A stretch of DNA of 64,000 bases, taken from assembly GCF_048593235.1 (NCBI RefSeq), contig NC_133620.1:453993261-454057260 (forward strand). The letters run 5' to 3'. This DNA is from Sminthopsis crassicaudata. Its lineage: Eukaryota. Positions 13,339 through 25,145 of this stretch are shown here, piece after piece; the stretch's first letter is position 1; the number at the start of each line of letters is the position of its first letter. A model generated the notes under the pieces. The model made no database searches and was not told where the DNA came from. It saw only the letters and a program-made list of their open reading frames with translations. The translations under genes and the position numbers were made by a program.

Positions 13339-14178
13339 TTTTTTTTTTTTTTTTTTTAATTTAGAATTTTTTTTCACAGTATATATGCATGAGTAATTTT
13401 TTTATAACATTATCCCTTGTATTCATTTTTCCAAATTTTCCCCTCCCTCCCTCTACTCCCTCCCCTAGATGACAGGCAATCCCATACATTTTACATGTGT
13501 TACAGTATAACTCAGATACAATATGTGTGTGTAAATCCAATTTTCTTGTTGCACATTAAGTATTAGCTTCCGAAGGTATAAGTAACCTGGGCAGACAGAT
13601 ATTAGTGCTAACAGTTTACACTCATTTCCCAGAGTTCCTTCTCTGGGTGTAGCTACCTCTGTCCATCATTGATCAACTGGAAGTGAGTTGGATCTTCTCT
13701 ATGTTGAAGATATCCACTTCCATCAGAATACATCCTCGTACAGTATCACTGTTGAAGTGTATAATGATCCCCTAGTTCTGCTCGTTTCACTCAGCATCAG
13801 TTGATTTAAGTCTCTCCAGGCCTCTCTGTATTTCTCCTGCTGGTCATTTCTTACAGAGCAATAATATTCCATAACCTTCATATACCACAATTTACCCAAC
13901 CATTCTCCAACTGATGGGCATCCATTCATCTTCCAGCTTCTAGCCACTACGAAAAGGGCTGCCACAATTTGGCACATACAGGTCGCTTTCCCCTCCTCAG
14001 TATTTCTCAATAGCAGCTCAATAGCTCAATGCTGGGTCAAAGGGTATGCACAGTTTGATAACTTTTTGGGCATAGTTCCAGATTGCTCTCCAGAATGGCT
14101 AGATTCTTTCACAACTCCACCAACAATGCATCAGTGTCCCAGTTTTCCCACATCCCCTCCAACATTCATCATTATTTG
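13339..14178 (-). mobile_element. Young, 5'-truncated L1 with poly-A tail and a 16-bp TSD
   Basis: Poly-T at about 13337-13358; minus ORF 13723-14010 CQIVAALFVVARSWKMNGCPSVGEWLGKLWYMKVMEYYCSVRND; TSD aagaacgcctattctt (13323-13338) and aagaacacctattctt (14179-14194). Confidence 0.93.
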
Positions 14179-14470
14179 AAGAACACCTATTCTTAATCTG
14201 GGTATATCAATCCTTTGTTCTTCTATTAGGCAGTAATCGCGTGAGATCTGGGCTTTCTTGGCCATCATTTTTGGATCTGGCGGGCGCTGAGGACTTCTGA
14301 GATCCTTGGACGTCTGTATCTCTCTTCAGCAGTTAGCACAGCACAGAAGGCTGGCAGGCAGGGGCTCCACAAGCATTTATTAAGTGCTTACTATGTGCTC
14401 AGCACTGCACTAAGCTCTCAGCCAAACAAAACAGAACAGCCCCAGCTTTCAAGGAACTCACTTGCAAGCG

Positions 14471-14512
14471 AATGAATGAATGAATGAATGAATGAATGAA
14501 TGAATGAATGAA
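14471..14512. repeat. (AATG)n microsatellite
   Basis: About 10 perfect AATG units, 37 nt upstream of NXN exon 2, derived from an L2 tail. Confidence 0.9.
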
Positions 14513-14548
14513 TTTGGGGCCTGACCACTTCCTCTTGTTTTCTTTCAG

Positions 14549-14666
14549 CTTAAACTATGGAACAAATACCGAATTTCCAACATTCCATCCCTGATCTTCA
14601 TCGATGCTACCACGGGGAAGGTCGTGTGCAGAAATGGGCTGCTGGTGATCCGGGATGACCCCGAAG
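14549..14666 (+). CDS. NXN: Nucleoredoxin exon 2 (exon 1 lies outside the window, upstream)
   Basis: tttctttcag|CTTAAACTATGG...GACCCCGAAG|gtaagc; 118 bp encoding LKLWNKYRISNIPSLIFIDATTGKVVCRNGLLVIRDDPE, matching the recalled mammalian NXN sequence. Confidence 0.97.
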
Positions 14667-16896
14667 GTAAGCCTGTGGGACCCTCTTCTGTCCCTTCTCA
14701 GCCCCAAGCTGTGCAGTAAACAGAGTACAAAGCATACAATAGTAGATACGATCTAATAGACAAATGGAAATCTATTCTAAAAATAATTGGATTTACCTTG
14801 TTCTAGAAGGATTCTTTTCTTCATGACCATTACTGAATTTTCCCAGTTTTGGTCAATCTTTATTTAAAAGTAAACTGTTATGAACCAATATGGAGTAAAA
14901 GGAGCAGGACGAAGAGGAGAATAGTTTTAATAATCACAACAACAATAAAAATAATAAGGATAATAGTTAACAGCACCTTGCGTATTCCAGGCGCTAAAGT
15001 GCTCTTTACTAAAATGATCTCTTTTGATCTTCATTAGTTCTATTGTGAGCCTCATTTTACAATTGAGTAAACTGAGGCAGGCAGCAGTTCCGTGGACTGG
15101 CCAGGGTGACCCTGCTAGTCACTGTCTGAGGCTAGATTTGGACTCATAACTTCCTGTAGTTGCAACATTGCAAATGGAAAAAGCCACAAAAGCAAAACAA
15201 TCGAATGAATGCTCCCTTTTCTGGGGGCTCACTTGGCCCCCAGAAAAAACATGAGGCTGCACCCACTAAGTTTGGGCGTTCATTTTGCTGAATCTGTTTC
15301 CCTCTCTTTGTAATCCTTTGTTATGAGGGACGAATACCCGGGAAGGGAAGGAATAGGATGTCCGGGACACTTGGGAAGTCCCAGCTGAGCGCCAATGTCC
15401 CATGTCCCCCCCCCCCCCCCCCCCCCCCCCCCGGCCACAGGGCTGCTCTGCGAGAAGCCCCTCAGGCTTCCCTTTCTCCCCCTCAGATTCCAGGTAGAGG
15501 AGCAGTGGCTGTGACCCGACTGTGGGTCACAGGCAGAGAATAAGAGTCGGTGACTTTATGTCCCCAGCGCTCAGCGCAGGCTCGGGGCAGAGAAGGCCCC
15601 ACACTGGTATATTCTGATTAACTGTCAGCGGATGCTTTGATTGAGGAACTGAGTCCCGCTCCTCAAACTCTATGAGCCTCAGGGGTTGAATGCATAGAAC
15701 GGGGATAAATGGAGCAATTGCCTTACACACGTTGTCTCCGTGGGTCCCGGAGGGAGCTGCCACTCTCCCCATTTCACAGCGAGGTCCCTGGAGTCAGGGG
15801 GTGACATGTCTGGGATCACACGACCGGGCGGCACCTTTACCCCTCACGGGGCTGAAACGGCTCAGAAAGCCGTGAGGCTCCGCACACGAGGCCGAGAGGG
15901 GCTCCGGCCCAGGGCTGGCTGGGAGAGCCGTTTTGTCAACAGATGTCAGCTTTTGAAAATTATGGACTTCTGGGAATCCGCTGGCCGTGTAGTGTTTAGA
16001 AATGGCCCTCAAACAAAGCCATATATGGCGGAGACACCTATCTCAGCTCCTTTTCTGTGGCAAATCTGGCCCCTGCCGCGCATTGGGCGCTCAGAGCTGG
16101 CCGGGGGCCGCACGGAGCTTCTCAGGTGGCCTTTGTTCTCCGGCGTCACGCGTGTCCTGCTCCTGTTCTCAGGGGTGGGAGATGGGACCACAGACTCTGG
16201 CAGATTCTTCCGAGGCCCAAGGATGGCCTGACTGGCCGTTGCCTGAGGACCGGCCCAGCTCACTGGGAAAAGGCTCTCGGCCGAGCTGCCCCGGAGAGGG
16301 CTTGTTGTTGCCACAGCAGCTTTCATAACTAACTTGGTCACTAGAAATCTGAGTTAGACCCTTCCTCTAACCTTCCTACCTGTCTCACCTTACACAAGTG
16401 CCTCGGTTTCCCCGAGATCCCTCCCCACTCTACATCTGTGGTCCCAATAAAAACTACCTCCCACATGCATCTCGTCTCGGTAAAGGGATTGCCCGTGTTG
16501 GCAAGGCTGGCACAGGCCTCCGCCCTGCTCCGACCGGGAGGTATGGAAGTTCGCTGGCCGGAAGCGCGGGTGGGGTCTGCGCCCTGGGCTCTATTGGAAG
16601 TTCTGAACCTCGGTCACCGAGGATGCCATCGATGCTGGTGCTAAGTATTCCCGGCCGCTTTCCTCCCAGCAGCCCCCGGGAAGTTCGTAGGGGGGTTACT
16701 GTTATTCCCACTTTGCAGATGAGGAGACAAGCTCAGAGTCTGAGGGCTTGCTCGTGAGCCTGTAGCCAGGAAGCACCAAGGTGGGATTTGGATGCGGAGC
16801 TCCCCCTTCCGGGTGCCGCGGCCTTCCTGGGACGCCAGTCTCTGTACCAAGCGTGCACCCCCGGGCCAGAGTCTGACGCTGCTTCCCCTGTTTCAG

Positions 16897-17030
16897 GTTT
16901 GGAGTTCCCTTGGGGGCCCAAGCCCTTCAGTGAAGTCATTGCCGGCTCCTTGCTGAGAAATAACGGCCAGTCCCTGGACAGCAGCTGCCTGGAGGGGTCT
17001 CACGTGGGCGTTTACTTCTCCGCCCACTGG
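16897..17030 (+). CDS. NXN: Nucleoredoxin exon 3
   Basis: tttcag|GTTTGGAG...GCCCACTGG|gtgagt; 134 bp, (G)LEFPWGPKPFSEVIAGSLLRNNGQSLDSSCLEGSHVGVYFSAHW. Confidence 0.97.
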
Positions 17031-17621
17031 GTGAGTACTTGCCCCACACCCTGCCCCGTGGCTGGCCGCCAAGCGTCCCTGGCGTGGGCAGGGGCTTCCC
17101 AGGCAGGCCAGTGGGGGCGCCCTCCCAGCCTCGGGTTGTTGGCCCAGGCAGGCCCAAAACCACAATGGGCAGAGAGGCCGCATCCTTGGTCACTAGATAT
17201 TCCTCCTTGGCCCTTCTGAGCCAGGGCCCGAGGGGGGCCAGCAGAGGCTGAGTGTGCCCTTAAGGCGGGCAGAACACTCAGGGCAGAGCCCACATCCTGT
17301 CACCCCTGCCTGACCGAGGTCTGGGACGAGCCCCGGGCAGGGAAGGGCTCGGCCCCCAGCCTGCCCGTTCTCTCGTGCAGTCTTTTCTGTTTGGGGGGAG
17401 GCGCTCGCCAGGAGGTGTCGGAGGTGGGATTTGAACCCGCACCCTCCTGACCTCAGGGCTAGTGCCCTAGCCCCTGGCCCCTTCGGAGGAGTTCTAAGGG
17501 CGCAGGACGTTCGCCCAGATGTCCGACCCTTTCACCGACCAGCTTGTCTGCCAGGGCCCGGCCTGGAAACGAAAGGTGTTTCAGGCATCTCTAAAGCTGC
17601 GGCGTTTCTTCTCGTTGTCAG

Positions 17622-17722
17622 TGTCCGCCTTGCCGAAGTCTCACCCGCGTCCTGGTGGAGTCTTACCGGAAGATCAAGGAGTCGGGACAGAAATTTGAGA
17701 TTATTTTCGTTAGCGCCGACAG
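17622..17722 (+). CDS. NXN: Nucleoredoxin exon 4, carrying the CPPC of the WCPPC active site
   Basis: gttgtcag|TGTCCGCCTTGC...GCCGACAG|gtaata; 101 bp, CPPCRSLTRVLVESYRKIKESGQKFEIIFVSADR. Confidence 0.97.
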
Positions 17723-18146
17723 GTAATATTTGCCGTGAAACCTGAGGGGGTCCCATAGCTCTCCGCTGTTGGGCAGGGGCGTTCAGCATCCCAAATGTGC
17801 CACTTGTCCCTAAAACGGGGCTCCCTGGCGGGCGTCCAAGCAAGAAAGGCCCCAGGGAGGTCAGTGTGGCACAGAGGGTCAGATTTCCCTGTTAGATTGG
17901 GCAGAGAGGGATGAGCTGGAGAAGGGGGCACAGAGCAGTCTCCACAGCATTGGGAACCAGCGCTTGACCCCAGCCCTTCATTTGCCCAAAGGTGAAGAAG
18001 TCTTCTTGGTTGGGGAGTTGCCAGGGTATCCAAGGGGGAAATAATAAAAGGTGGTCTTTGCCCCGGGGCAGTGCTTGGGAAACCTGGTGGCGGGCCCAGG
18101 ATGGGGGGGGGCCGAGGCCATTCTCATGGTACCCTCTTCCCCACAG

Positions 18147-18253
18147 GTCCGAGGACTCCTTCAAACAGTATTTCAGTGAGATGCCCTGGCTCGCCGTGCC
18201 GTACACTGATGAAGCCCGGAGGTCACGTCTCAACCGGCTTTACGGGATCCAAG
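18147..18253 (+). CDS. NXN: Nucleoredoxin exon 5
   Basis: ccccacag|GTCCGAGGAC...ATCCAAG|gtagga; 107 bp, SEDSFKQYFSEMPWLAVPYTDEARRSRLNRLYGIQ. Confidence 0.97.
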
Positions 18254-21200
18254 GTAGGACACGGAGCCTGTTCGGAGGGCCGGCCCCCCACGTGCTCCGC
18301 GCGCTTCACTTCTGAATCCAGAGGTTTGCGGGCTTATAAGGGATGAGCGTCTTGCATGTGTCCTTGGCTGGGTGAGCTCTGGGCCCCGCTGCCGGCCAGC
18401 TCCTTCTGCGCAGAGGAGACGAGGGTGCACATCCTGCAGCAGAATCGAACTCGGGCCCAGGGTCAGCCTGCTCCCACCTCCAGGGCTTCTACGCAGGGCA
18501 GTCTGGCTGCCATCTTGGTGCGGCGGGTACCAGGTGGGCAGACCGATGCCACGTGGGCACGTGTTTCTGGAAGAAGTAGGTAGAGGCAACTCCTTGATCA
18601 GAAAGTTTTCTTGGTGTGAAATTAAGCAATCCATTAAAGGAATGAAGCGTCCCTGCTCCCTTCACTCCATCCTACGGATAGCCAGTGTGACCTTAGGAGG
18701 TACATTTGGGCTGCGGATTCTTTTCCCCTTTTTACCGATGGGAAAACCAAGGCAGAAAGGGGCCTTCAATTCAGCAGACATTATTAAGCACCTGATGAAT
18801 GCAAAACTGGGCTAGAGCCCAGGAATGCAGGGAGAAAAATGAAATCCTCCTTGCTTTAAAGGAATGCTCTTTGTATTTGGGTGGAAACATAAACAGAAAT
18901 ATTTATGAAATATCAGCTAAGGAATACAAAATCCTACTCAAGAGGCAGAGCAGTAACAACTCGGGAACCGGGAGGGCTCTCGCCCAGGAAGTGCCTCCGA
19001 GTGGGAACAGACAGAGAGGCTGCCAGGCTGGCTTGGAGGCGCTGGGCCCAAGAACAGGAACCGAGGCTGGAAAAGGGCGAGAAACCAGGGGCTTTTCGGG
19101 GCCGGGATTCGACTGACTCTCCTTCAGATGCCCCAGAAAGCTGAACAAGTGAGCAGCTGGTCGGAGAGGAGTTCTAGGAGCACTGTTTGAAATCATAAAA
19201 AGGCAGAGCTGGAAGGGACTGTAGCCATCAGGCAGGTCCCATTTTATGGGGGAGCACGCAGCCGAAGCCTGGAGAGGGGAGGTCACCGACTGTCCCAGGG
19301 CCACGCACGGGCCTATCTGTGTGTCTGGCCTGCTGGCCCAGGGTGTGGTGGAAGAGCTAAGCCTCCTGCATCCGCGTGACCCTGGGATGAGGGCTGATGG
19401 AGGCAGCCTGGGAAAGCCGCGTCCCCCAAAAGGAGCCTCCAAAGCCCTGGACCGGGCTCGGCTGCCTCGGTCACAGCAGATGAGATTTCGGGTCCCGTTC
19501 ACTGGCTCTCGTCCCTTTTCTCCGTCTCGTCCCCTCACAGAATAAGGGGCGTTCTGAAAACCCCTCAGTGAAGGGTATGAATAGTGCTCCACACCCCCTC
19601 CTCCTCCAGTCACTAGGACTGATCCGGAGGCCCCGGAGGCCACTTCTCTTGCACATCTTACCGTCTTCCATTGGCCTCTTCCCTTTTTCCTAAAAGTGGA
19701 AGTTTCCTTGGACTTCCAAAGCAATTCCTCGGGCTTCTTCCTGCAACCATCAACCTGTCTCTCTGCTTTCCACGGCCAGCACTGGCATGAGCATTCCACG
19801 TTTTATATTTGACATCTGCGCTTCTTTGTCATTAATGTTGGTGAATGAAAAAGCAGCATTGCCATATTTACTTTGAAAAGAGCCCTGATCGGTACTCCTG
19901 CATGTTCCGGCTCTTTCCTCTTTCTTGAGTTCTTCTGATGAGAACACAAATGTATACGCACCTTAGTGACTCTGGGGGTGTAGTTCCAAACTGCTTTCTA
20001 GAATAATAATGATGATGATGATGATGATGTGCCAGGTGCCATGCCGATTGTTGGGCTCCACGTAAAAGGCAGAAGCCCCCGTTCTCGAGCACCTTGGAGT
20101 GGGGAGAGAGCACGTCCAGGAGTGACAAGTCCGAGTAACGGGCCCCGGGCCTGAGGACGCAGCAGCAGAGCAGATGGTCCGGCCTCTTCTTTCATGTTTC
20201 TGTTGGCAGGACCCCGTCCATTTCAGCTGCTGAACATTTCGGCAGCGCCGGAGAATTGAAGGGGGAAGACTGTTTTCTGGGTCCCCGTGAGTTCGGGTTC
20301 CTGATGAAGGTGGGTGCTGAACTCACAGCCCCCCCCGAGAGTGCCCCCGGCCAGTATCTGGGGGCCAGGCCGGCCAGCGGGGTGCGGGGTGCTGCTGTTT
20401 TCGGGCCCTTGGTGGCCCTCGGTCAGGAGTCGGAGGTCCGCAGAGAGCTTTCTGAACATGGTCTCCTTTGTGGCTCACGGCAGCCCCGGGAGGTATGCGG
20501 TAGAGGTACGGTCATTCTTGTTCGACAGAGGAGGAAGCAGATTCAGGGAGAGCAGGATCACACACCTTAACCCCTCCTCAGCCCGACCCTGACTTGCACC
20601 TGTCAACCAGGAGCCTTGAGAAGGTAGTTTCTGTGGGTGTCTGCCCCGTCAGCCAATCCCATGGCTCCCCCCCTTCCCGCGTCGTCCTGTCAGACCCATT
20701 TCGGGCGCTGAAGGTGGTTGACCCGCTGCCTGTTGCTTGAAGGCCTTCACTTGATTACCGGCGTCTCTCCTTTCTAATCAGCTACCTGACCTGGGACACG
20801 TCGGTCCGTTTTCCTCCTCAGTGACAGAAAAGGCCAAGTGGGCCCTGGCCAGAGGGGCCGGGCAGGGCCAGGCGGGACTCCGAGAAGGACTCTCCGAGAA
20901 TAACCTCGAAAACTTGATCCGGCCTGAAACGTGAGGTCTGAGGTTCTGTAAGACCTGAAATTATCTGTAGTCAGACAGAATTTAAGACCAAAGCTGGGAC
21001 CCTGTGCCCAGCAGCGAGGCTTTTGGGCAAGCTCGGCCGAGACAAGAGCAGGGCTGGAGAGACTGGGCAGCGCGGACCACAGGCCTCCTCCCGGCCCGAC
21101 CCAGACCCTGTGCGTCGCTCCTGCCCTCGGCCATCCTCCTCACGCCTTCCCGCCACTCCTAGGAGCCACGTAAGGTGAGCGTGGGACTCCCTGGGACTCC

Positions 21201-21906
21201 CCTCCCCACCTTGCGGCTCCTTGTCCGGAGCCCCCGAGGAGAGCAGAAGCTCCTAAGGGCAGGGACTGGCTTGGTTCTGGTTTGCGAGTAACTTGGTGAA
21301 CAGGGATCCTCCCTGTCATCCTTCCTTCCTGGAGATTAACGAGAAAGCTGTTCCCTTCTTCTGAAAATTATGGAGAGTGAGACAGTCCTAATCAACAGAA
21401 AAAATACCCGCGTGTATACAATCACAAGATTTTCCGTGGGCCACTTAGGTGCTGTGGAAGAACTTTGTTACTTGAGCATCTGAGGGGCATCAGAGAGACG
21501 GCTTACTTCCCTCCTTCGCTGGGCAGAAGAGGACACACCGGCTCCGACAGTGGGCAGGGGGTATAGAGCCCCCCTCCTTCTCCTCATTGCAGAAAGGGGG
21601 GCGGCCGCAGAGCCTGCACCGTGGAGGCTGCCGGCGGCAGGAAGCTCCCCCTCTGGTCCTGAAGATTTCCCCATGTGTCTCCAGGCCCGGTCAGCCCTGC
21701 TAGGCCGGGGACCCCCCCATGGCAGTACTGGGGAGGCCCGAGTTGAGGCACGGCCCACGGAAGGAGGCAGGCTCTGGGGCCTCCACAGAGAGCCGGGATA
21801 TGGGGCAGCTGTGGGGAGCTGCGGCCCCCCATGGACGGGCTCGGACACGCCCCTCACTGGGACAGCCCCTTCCCTCCCCGAGGATGCTCGCGGTCCCTCT
21901 CCTGGT

Positions 21907-22109
21907 NNNNNNNNNNNNNNNNNNNNNNNNNNNNNNNNNNNNNNNNNNNNNNNNNNNNNNNNNNNNNNNNNNNNNNNNNNNNNNNNNNNNNNNNNNNNNN
22001 NNNNNNNNNNNNNNNNNNNNNNNNNNNNNNNNNNNNNNNNNNNNNNNNNNNNNNNNNNNNNNNNNNNNNNNNNNNNNNNNNNNNNNNNNNNNNNNNNNNN
22101 NNNNNNNNN
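21907..22109. other. Assembly gap (203 N) in NXN intron 5
   Basis: Run of n characters. Confidence 0.99.
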
Positions 22110-24179
22110 GGTCTGTGGGAGTTGCCCCCGCCCCCGGGAGCTTCCCTTCAGCTGAGGAGGGTTTGGGCTCTGCCCGTGGCCCAGTCTGCGGCTTGTGTTT
22201 GCACTTAGCGGGTTCCCAGGACCGAAGCCGGTGCTGAGGATCCGAAGAGGAAGGGAAGCGCCCCCCCCCCCCCCCAGTGAGCATGAGTTTGGTGCCCCCG
22301 GGCTAGGCCGGGAGGTGCCAGGGCGGAGGGCAGCCTCGCCCTCTCCTGAGGAGCTTTTCCCCTAAGTCAGATCTGTGGGGGGCCGATGGCCGCCAGTGCG
22401 GGGCTGAAGGACACTGAGGCGCGGGGAGCTCGGGCGTCCTGCCCGGGCCTGGAACCAGAGGCAGGATTTGAACCCAGCGACGACGCGGACCTCCTGATTT
22501 TATGGGGAGGAAACGGAGGGTAGAAGACTTGGGGAAGGCCCCGAACGCCCTGAGACCCCAATCCTCGGTGCCCGAGCAGCCTCCGCCCTGGCAGCAGGTC
22601 CCCCTGTCTTGGGGTCCCGCCCCCTCCCCGCTGCCCCGAGGAAGCGAGCCGGGGGCCTCCACCTCTGGCCCTCCTCCCTCCCCCTCGGGGGCTCCCGCCC
22701 GCTCCTCCTCCTTCAGTGTTTTGATGCTGCCCTCTGGTGCTCAGAGCCTCCATTACCAGGCCCCACCCAGGGCTCCTTGTCCTCTGGCTCCGCGGCTCCC
22801 AGAGTCTGTGGGCTCGCCCGGCAGGCAGCGGGGTCCTGCTTCCCCAAAGTGCCGGCTCTTGGGGAGTAGGGATCGGGCAGCCCCTCTGGCACCGAGCGCC
22901 TCACGGGATGCCGAGGGAGCTGAAGAAAGCGCACGCATCCCTCCGCCCCGGCCCGGCGCTGCCATCTCTGTGCCCTCTCCTGGGCGCCCGTTCTTAGCCT
23001 GCTTGGGGTCTGCCTTCTCCCAAGCAGCGGGCCGGCCCCCAGGACACAGGGCGGGGCTCTCGGCCGCCCCCTCGCTGGGGAGGCCCCTCTTTTGAGCGGA
23101 AGAGCTCTCCTTCTAGAAGTCTTTGCCAACCAAGAGCTTTCGGGCTCCTCCTTCATCGGTCCGCTGTTTAATGAGTCTCTGATTAGTAAGAGGGTTCTTG
23201 GGGCGTGCGCAGCCAGTCGTGGAGCCGATGCTGAGCCAGGGGGGGAGAGGAGTGTTTGCGGCCCGCGCCTCTGCCACAGACGGGAGGACCGTGGGGAGGC
23301 GAGGAGGAGGACGTTGGGAATTCGCTCCGAGCCTCCCGGGAGGGAGGAGGGCTTCCTTGACCCTGCCATGGGGGGTCAGACCAAGAGCCAAAGGTCTGGG
23401 ACCGGAGTTACTTGGGAAGAAGGCCTGGAGGCCTGTTGGTGGGGGTGGGCTCGGCGCCCCGGACCGCGGGAAAGGCCCGTCCCCTCTCCCGGGAGCCAGC
23501 GGGCAGCTGGTCTGCCACTTGGGAGCTGCCGGCAGGATCCCTGGGGAGGGGGAGGAGGGGTCCCGTGGCAGGTCTGAGTTCAGTTTTCGAGAAGGACCCC
23601 CCAGCGCCATGGGCGGGCCCCAGGGACCCTGTCCCCTCCCCCATCCCAAGCCAGGGTCCCAGACACCACAGAGGGAAGAGGATGCCCTGTATCGGCCCTG
23701 ACGGGGACCAGGGGAGGGCACTAACCCCCTTCCCGGCCACATTTCGCGCTGGAGCCTTTGCCCATGGCCGGCCGTTAGCCCCAGGCTTGCCCTGGGCCGG
23801 GGAAGGAGCCAGAAGCTTCAGGCCTTTACCCCAGGTCTGCCGCGGCCTTGGGTGGTGGGGGGACGGCCTCTGCCTTGGGGAGCCCGTTTGTAGCCGGGGT
23901 CGTGTGCACGTGGATGTGAACTACAGAGCGCCGGGCCGAGGGTCAGTCCGAGCCTGTGGAGACCCGGCCGTCGGGCGGCCTCAGGCCAGCCTCCTCGCCT
24001 CCCCGGGCGCGAATCTGTAGTACGGGCACAGGGGGCACCGCGCTGACGGGGAGGACGGCCCGAGGCCGGGACGCCCGCCATCCTCCTTGCTCTGCTCCGC
24101 GTCCTGCTCCGCCCCTCTCGGGGGCCAGGCCAGAGACCCACACGGACAGCGGGCGAGCCAGTCTGTGTTTTCTCCCCAG

Positions 24180-24359
24180 GCATCCCCACGCTCATCGTGC
24201 TGGACCCCAAGGGGGAGATGATCACGCGCCAGGGCCGGGTGGAGGTCCTGAACGACGAGGACTGCCGAGAGTTCCCCTGGCACCCCAAGCCTGTGCTGGA
24301 GCTCTCCGACTCCAACGCCGTGCAGCTCAACGAGGGCCCCTGTCTGGTTCTCTTTGTGG
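24180..24359 (+). CDS. NXN: Nucleoredoxin exon 6
   Basis: tctccccag|GCATCCCC...TTTGTGG|gtacgg; 180 bp, IPTLIVLDPKGEMITRQGRVEVLNDEDCREFPWHPKPVLELSDSNAVQLNEGPCLVLFV. Confidence 0.97.
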
Positions 24360-25020
24360 GTACGGAGCCGGGCGGGGGAGGGCCGCGTCCTGGCACTCGG
24401 GTGGCCCCCAGACGGGGGGCTGGGGACAGGTCCCTCCCCACAGCCTCTTTCTGTCCTTGCCGAGGCGGGACCTGGGGCCTTTGTCCCCTCTGCCAAGCGT
24501 TGCTTTGGGCCCAGAGGTTTACCCCCGCCTCTCCTCTGGGCCGGAACCCCTCCTGGCCCCCCTGCCAAGCTGTTGGCTTCTGGCTGGGAGCCGGCCCGGC
24601 CGGGCCGAGGATCTCCCTTGTGTCCGGACTCCACCGGGGGCCTTGGAGGCAGCTTCCCCGCCCCCCTCAGCTGAGGGGATGTGCCTGAGGGGGCGGGACT
24701 GGGGCTCCCTCCTGTGGACCTTGGAATCACTGCAACGTCCCCCATGTCTGTCCCCTGGACCCCGGGTCACTCTGGGGTGGGGGTGGGGGCGGTCTGGGAG
24801 CAGTTGTGAGGAGGTTCTGACACGGCCCGAGATCTAGAGGCCGAAGGTGGCCATTCTACAGATGGGTAAGTTGGGCTGCGAAGGGAGATTCAAGCCCCGG
24901 CGCTGGACTCCGACCGGCCTCTCGGGTGACCACAGACGGGGTCCGTGTCCTAAAGCGGGGTCAGAGGGGGCCGGGGGACCTCGGCGGGTCACAGGGCGCG
25001 TCCTCGTCTCCCCCCCGCAG

Positions 25021-25145
25021 ATTCCGAGGACGACGGCGAGTCCGACGCAGCCAAGCAGCTCATCCGGCCGATCGCCGAGAAGATCATCGCCAAGTACAAG
25101 GCCAAGGAGGAGGAGGCCCCGCTCCTGTTCTTCGTGGCGGGAGAG
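25021..25145 (+). CDS. NXN: Nucleoredoxin exon 7
   Basis: ccccgcag|ATTCCGAG...GGAGAG|gtgagc; 125 bp, SEDDGESDAAKQLIRPIAEKIIAKYKAKEEEAPLLFFVAGE. Confidence 0.97.

Noticed and set aside
21907-22109. ORFs spanning the N-gap (21550-22284)
   Set aside because: They are artefacts of unknown bases lacking stop codons.
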